Origin: Takakia lepidozioides
Taxonomy: Eukaryota; Plantae; Bryophyta
Direction: 5' to 3'
Length of the DNA stretch: 64,000 nt
NCBI GenBank assembly: GCA_030704615.1
Contig: CM060733.1
Location: 48,174,001-48,238,000 of the forward strand
In this document: piece after piece, positions 11,334 through 24,077 of the stretch
Position numbering within the stretch: position 1 is the stretch's first letter
Layout of the letters: each line of letters opens with the position of its first letter
Made by a program: the position numbers and the translations under genes
Notes under the pieces: generated by a model
What the model was told of the DNA's origin: nothing
Seen by the model: the letters and a program-made list of their open reading frames with translations, nothing else
The model's database searches: none

Positions 11334-13555
11334 TTTTTTTTGGGTGGGTTCGACAATTATATCTGTAGTGTAATGTCGATGCGAGCTTTGAACTCGACAT
11401 TGGAGCGAACCCTGTAAGTGGATTGGCAATGGCGTTGACGTGGTGAAGTGCGTACGCTGTTGGTTTAACATCCCACAACAGTTTTAGGACGGGCAGCATT
11501 CTGCTGGGACTGGGTTCGTGACGAGGGGTGTCATACGCTGTTGATGGACTAGTGGGGTGAAGGGTGTTTGACGTGTTGTCCATGCGGTGGTGTGTGTGCT
11601 GTGCATGAGCAGATGGGAAACCCATTCCAACAGAGCTGAGGAATGAAGAGGCGGGACTGCGACAGGAGATTGATCTAGAGGATGAGAAAACTGCAGGTAA
11701 TTTGGACTGACAAATTCACTTGAAGATAATTACAGTTCCAGAGGTTTTGGTTCCAAAGAGCGATCCTTCAGGATATTTATCTTCGAAATATGCTCAGCAT
11801 AGGATTTCCTACAGAATCCCCTCAGAAAGTGTCATATTTGTTTGGTATATCTGCAGCCGACATGGGTTCCATGTAGTTATCTACCTCAGTTTGGCGCCAT
11901 TGTTGAAGTACCTCTGCATTACACATTGAGAGAATTTAGTTTGAATTGAAGTTATCTGCAGTATTGCTGTTCTGTATGTACACCGTCTGTAAGATGCTCA
12001 CTTTATTTATATTTTTGTATGGTTATGTTAGAGAGAGAGAGAGAGAGAGAGATGTCCAGGAGATTCTGCCTGCTGCCAGGAGAAAAGAAGTGGCAGGTGA
12101 TAGACACAGGGAGGCCAGGAGGCTGGTGGGCACTTGAACCTTCAGAAAAGACTGGGGAAAGGAGGGGGCTTGAAGAGCAAGAGGTGGTAGTAACAACATA
12201 ATAAGGAACAAGAATTGTGGGTGAGACATGGCTCCAGTTAGAGAAGATCAATGCAGGCTTTCCAGCAACAGGTTTTTGTCCTTTCTATTGCAAAGCTAAT
12301 AGACAATCCTGCTGTGTTTTACATGGTGCAGAGTTGAAGAGCAGTATTGATGATGAGTATGCTCTTTCGGGCCAGCAAGATCCCAAGATTCTCTTGACCA
12401 CATCTCGTGACCCTAGCAGCCGGCTTTCTCAGTTTGTCAAGGTGAAAGGCAACTTGTGATTTTGACTGGATGTTGGCATTAGGGATGTATCTCAAAGGAA
12501 GAGACAGGGCATGTGAGGGATGGGGAGGTTAGTTATCAATGGCTCAGCTAGTTGCAGGACCTTGTTTGTTTATCTTTATCAGTATGTTCCCTGGTTGCTG
12601 TCTAGTGCTGCATCTGAATGGTGCTTTTTGAGCTGCACAAATCTGGGTCCGTGTCTAGTTTCCTTCCCACTCTTAATGAGGGAGATGTTGGTCGCAACTA
12701 TGGATCCTTGTTTAGGCAATGACCGTAGTGAAATTTATTCCAATGTGGGGGAATGCAGGAATTGAAATTAGTCTTTCCAAATGCACAGAGGATAAACCGA
12801 GGAGGCCAGGTATGAACTGTATATTCTGTTCACTTTGTATGCCAGTTCTGTTCTGTAAGAGAACGAATGAATTGGAAGATAACAGCATCCTGAGAATCTT
12901 ATTACCTATTGCATGGAGTCCAGAAATGGAAAGAGGGGAAGAGGGAAAGTCTGTGCTCCAATCATCGGTTTCTCTATGTTGGCTTTGGATGTATTCTTGA
13001 GGCCAGAGTTCTGTGGGATATGAACCCTCCCACAGCACATTGTGGAGTACCCTCCCAGGGTATAAAAGGTTAGCGTGAATTTGCAATAGGGCTCCTGCAC
13101 AGCCTATGACAATTGAGTTACAGGGAATTGAGATTTAATGTTTGCGCTGGTGTAAACATCATGGTGAAAAACAAATCTTGACATGCATCCAGCAGTTCCT
13201 GCTGTTCTAGCCACTGATCTGCTATAGATGCCACACTGCCTAAGTCACTGCTCTAGGGAGGGAGGGCTTGCAATCTATAATGGTTTAAAGCATTTGCAGT
13301 TAGATGCATCGAACCTGAAAAGGCCACTTTCATGTTTTGGTGTGATGTCTCAAAGCAATCTCATATAGTTGCTGCAAATGTTAATGGCGTGGATGTCGAC
13401 TTGTAGGTGATATCAGAAATAGTAGAATCGTGTCGTGGGAATGATTTTACCGACATAGTAATGGTGCATGAACATCGTGGGGAGCCTGATGGCCTCATTG
13501 TGTGCCACCTTCCTTTCGGCCCCACTGCCTACTTTGGCCTTCTGAATGTGGTAAC

Positions 13556-13594
<39 letters not shown>

Positions 13595-15843
13595 CTCTCA
13601 ATTGATTTACTTCAACTGGTGGTTGCTGGAAGCTTCTGCATGGACCCTGAAGGGTTTTTACTGGCGAATCATGATCAGGTGGTTTGACAGGAAGCCAATT
13701 TACAGTCCACCCTCTATAAATGCTCAAGAATAGAGAAATATATCATATGTGGAGGGATAACACAAAAATGGTCACAGAGTGGGATTGCAACAACTTAAAT
13801 GTGTAATACTTACAAAGGTACTGGAAATTGAGAAGTATTAGTGCTATTTTATAGACTGTCAAAACTCTTGTTATAGACTGTATTTTATATATCGAAGTTG
13901 CTAACAGAAGAATAAAAATAGGCTCTGTGTTCAATAGTTTTGGACAGATTAATCCAGCTATTTTTTTCTTTTAACAACGTTAGTTTTTGAGAACTTGGTC
14001 ATGATCCTCATCCTGTTGTTCTAAAGCTTTTGAGCATTAGACAAAGCCTCCTCAATGCTAAAATAGAGCATAGGAGGAAATGTGACCACCTTCAGTTTCT
14101 TCTTCTTCAATATCTGCATGGTCTGAAGAGCCGTATTCCACACTTCATTCTTTGTAGGGTCATAATACTTGCTGGGACTCCATAACATACAAAAGAATGT
14201 GAGCTTGCTTGAATGCAAGCTTCCATTCTTGATAAGAGTCTGGAAGAAGAATTGAACACATAGTCAACAAGTAGGTGGAAATTGCAAACTTAGCTGTATC
14301 TCCTCAGTTATGCCTTTTTGGTTTCAAGGGAAATAGCATTTATGAAGGGCGATCTGGTAAAGGAGAGCAGAGTTTCGCAACGGATATCTGATGTCGTTTC
14401 GCCTTTTGTACAATAGTAGGGAAGTATAAAAAACAAGGTGAACACTACAGAGGGAAAATTTAGAGTGTGGACTGTAGTACAGTTCTGAAGAATACTATCG
14501 AAAGATGGTGATGATTCTCAAGTGATCAGTGGTCGATTGTCCACTCGCTGACCTTTAGTTACTTTGAATAGGTGACACGGCATGACATCAAAGACAAGGG
14601 TGCACTTGGGACAATGTCTGAGGCATACCCTCATCTCATCCTCAACAATTTCAGCAGCAAGGTTTGTGTCTATGCCCCACTATAATTAGGGTGAATTATT
14701 CTGTCTTTGTGAGTTATCCTCTCTTTGTTTCTCTGAGCAATTTCCGACACACTCCAATGTGGACCTTCTAGGCCACTTGGACATTCTCCATCATGTATCT
14801 ATCAAGCTCGATGTTATCTGAGCTACTCTGGGCTGGGGTGTTGAAATGGGCAGCTGGGGCAGAGGACAGCCAACATATTGAAGCATTTGTTCCCTGTACC
14901 CAAGCCAGACGTAAAGCGCATCATCACTTTTGCTAATCAGTCTGACTACGTCTCCTTCAGGTGTGTTGCTCAAAGTGGCCTTGAAGTGCAGTGGAAAGTT
15001 TGTGGTTTTTTATTTGTTATTGGCTATGTTGTTCATCAATTCCCCTGCCTCACTTAAGGTGGATAATACTCGCTCATACCTTTGTCACTGGTTGTACTCG
15101 CAAATGCGTTATATCTTTCTGAACCTCAGGCCTCGTAACTGTTAGGTTGATGCGATATTTGTCACCGATTTCTTTGTTGGTGTACTGACTAGAGTTTTGT
15201 GATTGGCAATCAACCTTGTGGTCTTGTTTTATGTCTGGTTTGATGTTTGGTGTGCATCATGTTGGAAGTAGAAGTAGAGTTTTGGTGTTGAACTACTTGA
15301 AGATCGGGTGGTCATTTTGCTAGGCATCACGTGTATGAGAAACCAGCGGGTGTGAAGTCCATAGACTTGAAAGAAGTCGGTCCCCGCTTTGAACTTCGAC
15401 TTTACCAGGTACTAATGTGTTTGTGAAGGTGTTCTGTCTGTTGTGTTACTGTAGACTGCTTGCATTATTTTCAGTCTTTCTTTTTGGTCAAGTGGAATGT
15501 GCCTGCTCTTTATTTGCTCTAAGGTCAACTGTTCAAATGTATCAATGGGGCTGACAAACCAAGTTAGTGCATGGACTGCTTAGAAGAAAGCAAACATCGT
15601 GGCTTGACAACCCAGGCATGACCTCTGGTCAAATTAGAAGACGCTTTGACAATGCTCTCATGTCCTAATGGCCTCACTTGAGTGTGTGCACTTGTGCATG
15701 TGTGTTTGTCACATGTACACATTTTGACCAACTGTGCAATTGCTTTGCAGATAAAGCTGGGTACTATGGACCAACCAGAGGCCCAGAACGAGTGGGTGAT
15801 CAGGCCTTACATGAACTCCTCTCGCAAGCGAACAGCCCTTTGA
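11159..15843 (+). CDS. IMP4: U3 snoRNP protein IMP4 (Brix domain); exons 11159-11270, 11613-11696, 12332-12441, 12759-12809, 13407-13550, 14572-14661, 14854-14960, 15324-15408, 15751-15843
   Basis: MLRRNTRLRREYLYRKSLE, GKPIPTELRNEE, IDDEYA...DPKILLTTSRDPSSRLSQF, ELKLVFPNAQRINRG, HEHRGEPDGLIVCHLPFGPTAYF, EVGPRFELRLYQIKLGT, RPYMNSSRKR. All nine exons join in frame with GT-AG introns. Confidence 0.95.
11281..11331. repeat. (TC)n microsatellite in IMP4 intron 1; other GA/TC tracts at ~12029-12051, 13557-13591, 16100-16134, 20612-20631, 48206-48232
   Basis: Dinucleotide runs are directly visible. Confidence 0.95.
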
Positions 15844-16009
15844 GTCTCAGCCTTGCATGCTGTACAATAGTGAAGTAAGTTGCAAATTGGGATGGATTCT
15901 ACACCTTCTCAAATTATGAGGTGCTGGCCAGTCAAACTTTTTGACGTTTCTGCAGAGTTAATGGTTGCTGATGAGTGACTGATTATGGAGAAAGACAATG
16001 TACTTATGC

Positions 16010-16096
16010 TGTTGGAGAGAGAGAACGTACTCATAGGACGTTGTTTGCTGTAGCCTTGTGGCCATTGACCCCGCCCTCAGTTTGAGCGGAACACAT

Positions 16097-16137
<41 letters not shown>

Positions 16138-16860
16138 TGTACTCATGAGACATTGTTTGCCGAAGTGTTGTGGCCGTAGACCCTGTGCCCAGTTTGGGCT
16201 GAACAAGAGGGAATTGACACTACCTTTGTGAGGGCCTCACCCCAGTAGTGGGACTTACCTTGATATAATCAATTGGTTCGGGCTTCCAGATTTCCTCTAG
16301 AAAGTCCTTCACACAAGCATCAATCAGCCGTGTGTGAGCTGCCCAGCAATTACACGTTAACAGGCGCAGTGACCATAACACATATAGGTTGTGAACCATC
16401 CTCCACATCTTTACGTTGACCCCTGAAGACCACAGAAGCCACAACCCCTCATGCCATGCTATAAGCCTTTTTCCCTTCCAGGAAGAAGACAAAGGTGGGT
16501 TTTCTTTCTTTTTCCCTCCCTGAATAATCTGGCTTAGGTTAAAGATATGGTTGAAGCAGCCCCTATTCCTCTGGAAGCCCTCCGGAAGCCCGCCTGTCCT
16601 TTGTGGAAAACTCCACAAATCAACCTCGAGATGGGTGCTTATTATCCTACAAAACAGCATGCCAATTGTACTAGGAAGTGTAATGCCACTGTACTTCCCA
16701 GGCACTTCTCTGTCGCCTTTTCTGCACATATTGACAATGACACCTCTGTACAGTGAAAGGCTATCATCTCCACCATGGGATGCCAGAACACCTGCCGGCC
16801 TTAGATGTTCTGTTGCCTCAGCAATGGCAGAAGAACTAATTGATGAGGTTCTTTGTGAGT
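16010..16860 (-). mobile_element. Non-LTR retrotransposon remnant (RTE-X-like): RT fragment plus 3' end, with a second short 3'-end copy
   Basis: Minus-strand ORF 16220-16729 reads KGDREVPGKYSGITLPS..GMLFCRI..GFQRNRGCFNHIFNLSQII..WHEGLW..GVNVKMWRMVHNLY, i.e. non-LTR RT domains 1-3. It is joined through a deletion to the shared 3' tail, which ends in (TC)n. Confidence 0.75.
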
Positions 16861-17454
16861 GAGGTTTTCTTTCGAATGGAAGAGAGAACAGTTTCTCTGA
16901 TCCAAGACAGCCCTAGTGTGGAAGCTCGATCATGGCCAAGAAAGCTGTAGTGTGTTTCACAATGGGTGTGCCATGCTGACAGTTGATTATTAATCTAACC
17001 CTAAACTTCTTTCCGCAAATGAATCATGCCACATTCACTGTTACACTTATAGTCTTCTTATTGATGCTACATAATTCGTATTGATTACAATAATCACAAT
17101 AATGTCACCAGATTATGACGATTCTGGCACGCGGTTGTTATGGCAAAAACAAAAGCAACACTTGCAGCTCCAACCATAACCCCAGATCGAGTGGCGTAAT
17201 ATATAGAGAGTATATATAAGCCATGTGTTGGTGGGTGGCCCCCCAATCTATTACCCATGCTTCCTCAGCATCAACACAGCTGCCGCACATTTACTCTCTG
17301 AGATGAGCTTGAGAGATTACTTTGCTTTGTAGTGTCTTCCCTGTAGTGTCTTCCGCTATTCGTTTCCGGCAATATCATTCCACCATAACTTCCTCTCGTG
17401 CAAGAGAGTGAATGCATTGGATGAGACTTTGATTTCCATTTGCATCTTATGCAG

Positions 17455-17800
17455 AAAGAGAAAGAAAGAATGTACTCATAAGACGGTGATTGCTGTAGCC
17501 TTGTGGCCATTGACCCATCGCCCAGTTTGAGCGGAACACAAAGGGGTGATGCACCTTTGTCAGAGGTTGACGCGCCGGTAGTATGACTTACCTTGGAATA
17601 AAAAATTGGTTTTCCAAATATCCTCTAAAATCACACAAGCGTCAATCTGTTGTGTGTGGTTTGCCCAATAACTAGGCCCCAAAAGGGCCTGGGCTTTTGG
17701 CTCAGCTTGGAGACTTGCAAAGTTGGTACATAAAGAGAGGTTCAGGCTTCCCTTGATGGATTTGAAGAGGGCCTCTCTCTCCTAACAGTAGCCAGGAGGG
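17455..17800 (-). mobile_element. 5'-truncated copy of the same RTE-X-like LINE
   Basis: High similarity to 42330-42680 (reverse) and 47580-47890, with the same tail GGTCAATGGCCACAAGGCTACAGCAA...TATGAGTACATTCT. Confidence 0.8.
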
Positions 17801-18449
17801 GGTTGGTATGACGTGAGCACAACGTGAGCACAACCCACGGTCACGGGAGTTTTATGATTTTAACCTTGGTCATAGGAGTTATATGTTTTCAGTATGGAAT
17901 AAAACCATAAGCGGATATTGAGGACTGATGCATTTATACAGTACATCTGCACCAATCCAGTGAGGTGAAACCTTCAGTAGTGTAGCCAGAAACCCTAAAC
18001 ATATAGCGGCGGCGGCGAGTTTCGCAACCTTAAAAGAAAAAATATCGCAACAATTTCATGCAATGAAAACAGAATAGTTGCATTTGATACAAAATACAAT
18101 TCTAATGCTATTGAAATGTGATGCTAAATAGAACTCGAAAAATGAATTTGTTCCCTCGTCTGAAAATAACACCAAACATACAATAAGTAAAAAATATAGC
18201 GATATTGATTAAAATGATTTACAGGACAATATAGACAGAATAACAAATGAGAGGATACTTTCGCTTACTGAAATTTCCTTTATGATGAACGGAGTTAACA
18301 TGTACGTCTGTCATTTATATCATCAATAAAACTAGGATATTTTTTCTTGTGCCGTGAATTTTAGCACAGAATGTGAGAAGGTCTGAGATTGTTTCGCTTT
18401 GATAACATCAATGTTGACAAATTTTAGTAATGAATTCAAAGATTGAAGA

Positions 18450-19960
18450 ATGTTTCTCAACACGAAACTCTTGACTGTTGGTGAATTTGTTCAAAGCAAT
18501 ACATGCTTTGAACAAATATTGAGGGATATAAACTAAAGGATTTGAAATACTTCGTCGTAACAAAAGAGTTTATCAACACGGAACTCTTATCCGACTGTGG
18601 TTGTGTACACAAACCTGCATACTTTTGAAACAATATGGAGGAATATGAATTAAGGGATTTGAACTCTTTTGCCATAAAAAAAGAGTTTCTCAACACGAAA
18701 CTTTTGTCTAACAGTGTTATGGTTTAAGAATCTGCATGCTTTGGACCCAATATGGAGGGATATGAACTGCTAGTTCGGCGTAACAAAAAAGTTTCTCAAT
18801 ACAAAACTCTTCTCCTTGTTTTTATTCAAAAACCTGCATGCATTTGGAACAATAAGGAGGGTGACTAATTGAGGGATTTGAAGTTTTTTGCCTTGACAAA
18901 AGAGTTTCTGTACACAAAACTCTCGTCTAACATTGTTTTGGTTCAAAAGCATACACAAAAGACTGCATGCTTGTGAACCAATATGGAGGGATAGGAACTG
19001 AGGGATGTGAACTTATTCGCCTGCACAAGAGTTTCTCAACACGAAACTCTTCTCTGACATTGTTTTTGTTCAAAAACCTGAATGCTTTTGAACAAATATG
19101 GAGGGACATGGATTGAGGGATTTGAATTGCTTCGCCATAACAAAAGTGTTTCTCAACACACAACTCTTCTGTGACAGTATTTTTGTTCAAAAACCTGCAT
19201 GGTTTTGACCCAATATGGAGGGACATGGACTGGGGGATTTGAATTGCTTCGCCATAACAAAAGAGTTTCTGAACACGAAACTCTTCTGTGACAGTGTTTT
19301 TGTTCAAAAACCTGCATGGTTTTGACCCAATATGGAGGGACATGGACTGAGGGATTTGAATTGCTTCGCCATAACAAAGAGTTTCTCAACACGAAACTCT
19401 AGTCTGACAGTGATTGTGTTAAAAAAAAACTGCATCATTTTGAACAAATATGGAGGGATATAAACTGAGGGATTTGAATTATTTGCCATGACAAAAAAAA
19501 TTCTCAACACGAAACTTTGGGGTGACAGTGATTTTATTCAAAAACCTCCATGTTTTTGAAACAATATGGAGAGATATGAACTAATGGATTTGAACTCCTT
19601 TGTCGTAGCACAAGAGTTTCTCAACATGAAACTCTTGTCCGACAGGAGTTTTGTTCAAAAATCTGCATCATTTCCTCAACACGAAACTCTTGTCTGACAA
19701 TGTATTTATTCAAAAACCAGCATGTTTTTGAGACAATATGGAGGGATATGAATTGAGGGAATTTAACTGCTTTCCTATAACAAAAGAGTTTATCAACAAG
19801 AAACTCACGTTAGACATTGTTCTTGTTCAAAAACATGCATGCTGTTGAACCAATATGGAGAGATATCAACTGAGGGCTTTGAGTTGCTTCGCCGTAACAA
19901 AAGAATTTTTCAACACGAAACTCTTATCTGACAGTGTATTTGTTCAAAAACATGTGCGAT
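18450..19960. repeat. AT-rich tandem array, ~13 diverged units of ~117 bp
   Basis: The unit TTTCTCAACACGAAACTCTT...TTGTTCAAAAACCTGCATG...CAATATGGAGGGA...GAGGGATTTGAA...TTCGCCATAACAAAAGAG recurs at ~18454, 18570, 18687, 18793, 18905, 19033, 19150, 19266, 19383, 19501, 19618, 19673 (short preceding unit), 19789 and 19908. Confidence 0.92.
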
Positions 19961-21163
19961 TTTCTCTGGGCATCTCAAGAATATTTCATATTTTTTCATG
20001 TTTGTGAGCATCCTAACTGCACGCTACCCAACCTCTCTTTAGGGATCCGAGTTCCGCACTGCAAATGCATATCTCAATATATAATTATACTAGTTGTTAG
20101 GGGAGAGAGTTTCGCTGTGCAAAATATACATGGGTAGGGCCTTAATATGACCTATTTATCATTTCAGCTAGAGCGTGATTTCTTCTCAGGCTAGTTGGTA
20201 CAGAGATTCGCCGTGCAAATTTATCCATGGGTGATGATCGTAAATTTAAGGTTAGGCCTCACCGCCCACTCACGTGCATGTTATGAACAGGGCCTGGTAT
20301 CGTTGTGAGAAAAAACCACGCTTATAGGGTAACATGTTCATGAGGTATAGGGGCTACTTGTTCTTTATGTGTTAGTTTCACAAAATTGTACATTTCGCCA
20401 ATTCGGTTTCACTATGAAAATTTCACGGAAATTCAGGGAATATGCCCTTGTGCTCATGCTCACACGCTACTTCTAGCCAGGACAATGAATTAGAAAATGA
20501 ATATTGTCTTCAGGTTGCCCGCACAGCGGGCAATTGCAATCCCTCTTTCCCCTCTGCATCTGTTTTGCTGTTCAATGGTAGGCTTGCCTCCCTGACTTTA
20601 AATTTCAGTCTAGAGAGAGAGAGAGAGAGAGATTGACGTGTAGCATTCACCGACACGAACATATCAAATACGAACTTAAGAATATTTCAATCCTCTACAT
20701 ATTTTTGGCAATTATGAATTTCAGACAAGGAGTCAGTCTTTGATAAACTTTACAGAGTTTTCATGTTTCAGCTCTGCCCAAGTACATACACGTACTCTCC
20801 AGTCTTGACTCTTGACGTCTCCCCTCTGCAGCTAATGATCGAAGGTAGTTGGTGATGAGGGTGATGAGCAGGTAGATGGGCCCAGCATAAAAAGCAAAAC
20901 CCAAAAGTATGTCTCCCACGACACGACACGACACGACACAACACAACAAGAGACTGCTTTGGCTGCGCACCCGCTTCTCCGAACTGTTGCTGTGTTGCTT
21001 GCACTGCCAACGCGGGCCGAGTGTGTGATGCTTGCAGTCTGCAGGCCACGCTTGCTGCTACCATTCCTTGTGCTCGCCTGCACCACCTCCCTACTCGCTT
21101 GCTTTTACTGTGCTGCTGCAGTGCCAAGGCGAGGGTGTAATAAGCCTGCCTGTGTGCACAAGC

Positions 21164-24077
21164 ATGGCTGTGATGACTCATGCGAGCTTACACGAAGTTT
21201 TGGGCACAGCGCTAGTACTAGGCGTGATGGCAGGTGTGTTGTGTGGGGCAACACCACCATCACCTAAGTCTCCAGTCTTGCAGGAGCACGTAAAGTCAAA
21301 AATGGCGGATGATCACGACGTAGGCAAGAGCGGCCGGTTTGTGGACGTGGAGGTGTTGTTGGCATTCAAGAATGACATACTTGAGGATCCGAAAGGAGTT
21401 CTAACGGACTGGAGCGAAGTGACCAGAGGAGACATTTGTCACTCATGGTACGGCGTCACCTGTGATGAAGCCCACGCACACGTGGTAGAGCTGAATCTTG
21501 GAGGTATGGAGCTCCAAGGCAGCATCAGTCCATTGCTGGGCAATCTCTCCTTCTTGCAAATTCTCAACTTATCCTCCAATGCTTTTCACAGGTGCTGTCC
21601 TACAAACCTTGGAATTTGCAGTACAGATTTGTTATTCTAGATCTTATATAGTAATTCCCTCTCAGGTTGTTCACATTAGTATTCTTTGGCTCGGTGCAAC
21701 AGTTTACCACAGAGTTGGCAACACATGAATATTGGGAAGGCTTAGTGACAACAGTTGTTTCTTACTCTGTTTCAGTGGAGCTCAGAACCTGGCAGATCCT
21801 GACAATCTTGTACCTCCCATGATACAACCACCTCACAGGGCTCATTCCTGCTAGTTTGGGAGATTGCTCAGCTTTGATGGAGGTGGACTTGGATTCCAAT
21901 CACCTGAGTGGGAACATAATAATGGAGCTGGGGAGGTTGCAAAACCTAACGAGACTTTACCTTTCGAACAACAACCTTACTGGCACCATTCCTGCTAGTT
22001 TGGGAAATTGCTCATCTTTGGTGCAGCTGGACTTGGACTCCAATCAACTCACTGGAAACATACCAATGGAGCTAGGGAGGTTGCAAAAGTTAACACTTCT
22101 TGGCCTTTCGAACAACAACCTTACATGGAAATGCTAATGGAACTTTACCTTTCATACAATAGCCTCACAGGCACCATACCTGCTAGTTTGGGAAATTGCT
22201 CATCTTTGGTGGACCTAGAGTTGAACAAGAATCAGCTGACTGGGAATGTACCGTTTGAGCTAGGAAGGTTGCAAAACCTAATGTACCTTTTCCTTTGGAA
22301 CAACAACCTCACAGGCACCATACCTGCTAATTTGGGAAATTGCTCATCTCTGGTGGAGCTGGTGTTGAACAACAATCAGCTGAGTGGGAACGTGCCGGTG
22401 GAGCTAGGGAGGTTGAAAGCCCTACCAGTCGTTTATCTATACAAGAACAACCTCACAGGCACCATTCCAACTAGTGTGGGAGATTGCTCATCCTTGGTGG
22501 AGCTAAAGGTGAATGACAATCAGCTAAGTGGGAACGTACCGATGGAGTTAGGGAGCTTGAAAAACCTAACGATCCTTTACGTGCACAGGAATAGATTCAC
22601 AGGCACCATTCCAACTAGTGTGGGAGATTGTTCATCTTTGGTGGATTTGTCGCTGTCCTACAATCGGCTGAGTGGGACCATACCCATGGAGCTTGGGAGG
22701 TTGCAAAACCTAATGAAACTTTACCTTTCGAGCAACAACCTCATAGGCCCCATTCCTGCTACTTTGGGAAACTGCTCATCTTTGGTGGAACTGGGCTTGT
22801 ACTCCAATCAGCTGAGTGGGAATGTACCAATGGAGCTAGGGAGGTTGCAAAACTTATGGAAACTTTACCTTTGGAACAACTGCCTCACATTTGCCATTCC
22901 TGCTAGTTTGGGAGATTGCTCATCTTTGGTGGAGCTGGACTTGAGCAACAATCAGTTGAGTGGGAACCTACCGAGCGAACTTGGGAACTGTTCGGGCTTG
23001 CAGATAATAATGCTTGATAACAACTTAATCACAGGACAGTTCTCATTAGATTTGGCAAAACTTAACAACTCACTTCAGACTTTGTCGGTGAACAACAATC
23101 AATTTACAGGGCAGGTTCCAATCTCCTTGGGTACATGCACCCATCTTGTGCTGGTTGATTTCAGTGGAAACAAGTTCAGCGGGAGTATCCCAGCCTTTGA
23201 GATTGGTGATTTTCAGGAACTGCAGGTGGTAAGTCTCGCACACAACATACTTAGTGGCCCAATTCCAGATTGGGTCTGGAATCTTACTCGATTGCAGGTG
23301 TTGGATCTCTCACACAACTCCTTCATAGGTGGGCTCCCGAAAAAGCTTAGTCAATTGCAGGGCTCCAGTGTGAAGGCGAATGCATCGACTGGATACCAAG
23401 GATTAAATGGTCAAGATGTTGGTCCTTTCACTCTCTATGCGGAAGACCTCGAAATCACACTCAAGGGCAACACATTGACACCCACATATGTCTTATTGAC
23501 CACAACTTCTTTTGACGTCTCGGCAAATGTGCCTAGTGGTGAGATTCCAGCAGAGATTGGACAGCTAGGGGAGCTCCTCTACCTGAATTTGTCCCACAAT
23601 TCCTTTAGAGGCCCCATCCCAGGGAGCATGTCCAACATCAGCGCACTGGAGTCGTTAGACCTCTCCTATAATCTACTGAACGGTACAATTCCAAACAGCC
23701 TGGCAGGCTTGAGTGCCTTGGGCTTTCTTAATCTCTCCGATAACAACATCTCTGGGCAGATTCCAACAGAAGATCTCTTCAACTCAAAATTCCTAAACTC
23801 GTCATTTCTGGACAATCCCGCTTTATGTGGGTTTCCTCTCTCCAGAGAGTGCCCCTCACAAGAAATTAGTACCTCAACCCCACCAGGCCCAGCTATTGAC
23901 ACTGATGAAATCAGATTCACAGATTGGGTTGGAGAATTCCTATCAGTTCCTGACTTTCTCTTGGGCATGGCGATTGGGCTTGTCTCTGTAGTAACAACGG
24001 CCATTGCCTGGGCTCCGGCACACCATTTCATGCTGCAACCCACCATGGGGAACTATCATCTCAAGGATGGAGCATAA
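21164..24077 (+). pseudogene. LRR receptor-like protein 1 (signal peptide, LRRNT, LRRs, island, C3 LRRs, TM, short tail; no kinase), frame-disrupted at ~21590-21850 and ~22125
   Basis: LLAFKNDI..DP.GVL.DW...C.SWYGVTC cap, 24-aa plant LRRs (LTGTIPASLGNCSSLVELDLxxNQLSGNIPMELGRL), SFLDNPALCGFPL, GxxxG TM segment. Frameshifts relative to copy 2 could be real or assembly errors. Confidence 0.8.

Noticed and set aside
11113-11625. ORFs with ER/SL dipeptide runs
   Set aside because: They are translations of intronic (TC)n microsatellites.
17585-17597. GACTTACCTT resembling the U1 snRNA 5' end (also at ~16252 and ~47694)
   Set aside because: No U1 body follows. It is internal sequence of the repeated LINE 3' fragment.
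17455-17800. Repeat family as a SINE or MITE with a fixed 5' end
   Set aside because: Copies have variable 5' truncations, one extends into the ORF2 zinc finger and another carries RT. There are no TIRs or Pol III boxes.
18450-19960. Regularly spaced repeats resembling a CRISPR array
   Set aside because: The whole unit repeats with no unique spacers, there are no cas genes, and the context is eukaryotic.
17792-20297. hAT-like terminal inverted repeats (CCAGG...ACGTGAG) around the tandem array
   Set aside because: The match is loose and there is no flanking 8-bp TSD.
22008-22135. Start of the 689-aa ORF as the true RLP N-terminus
   Set aside because: The first ~40 aa are an out-of-frame read of LRR codons. 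The real signal peptide starts at 21164.
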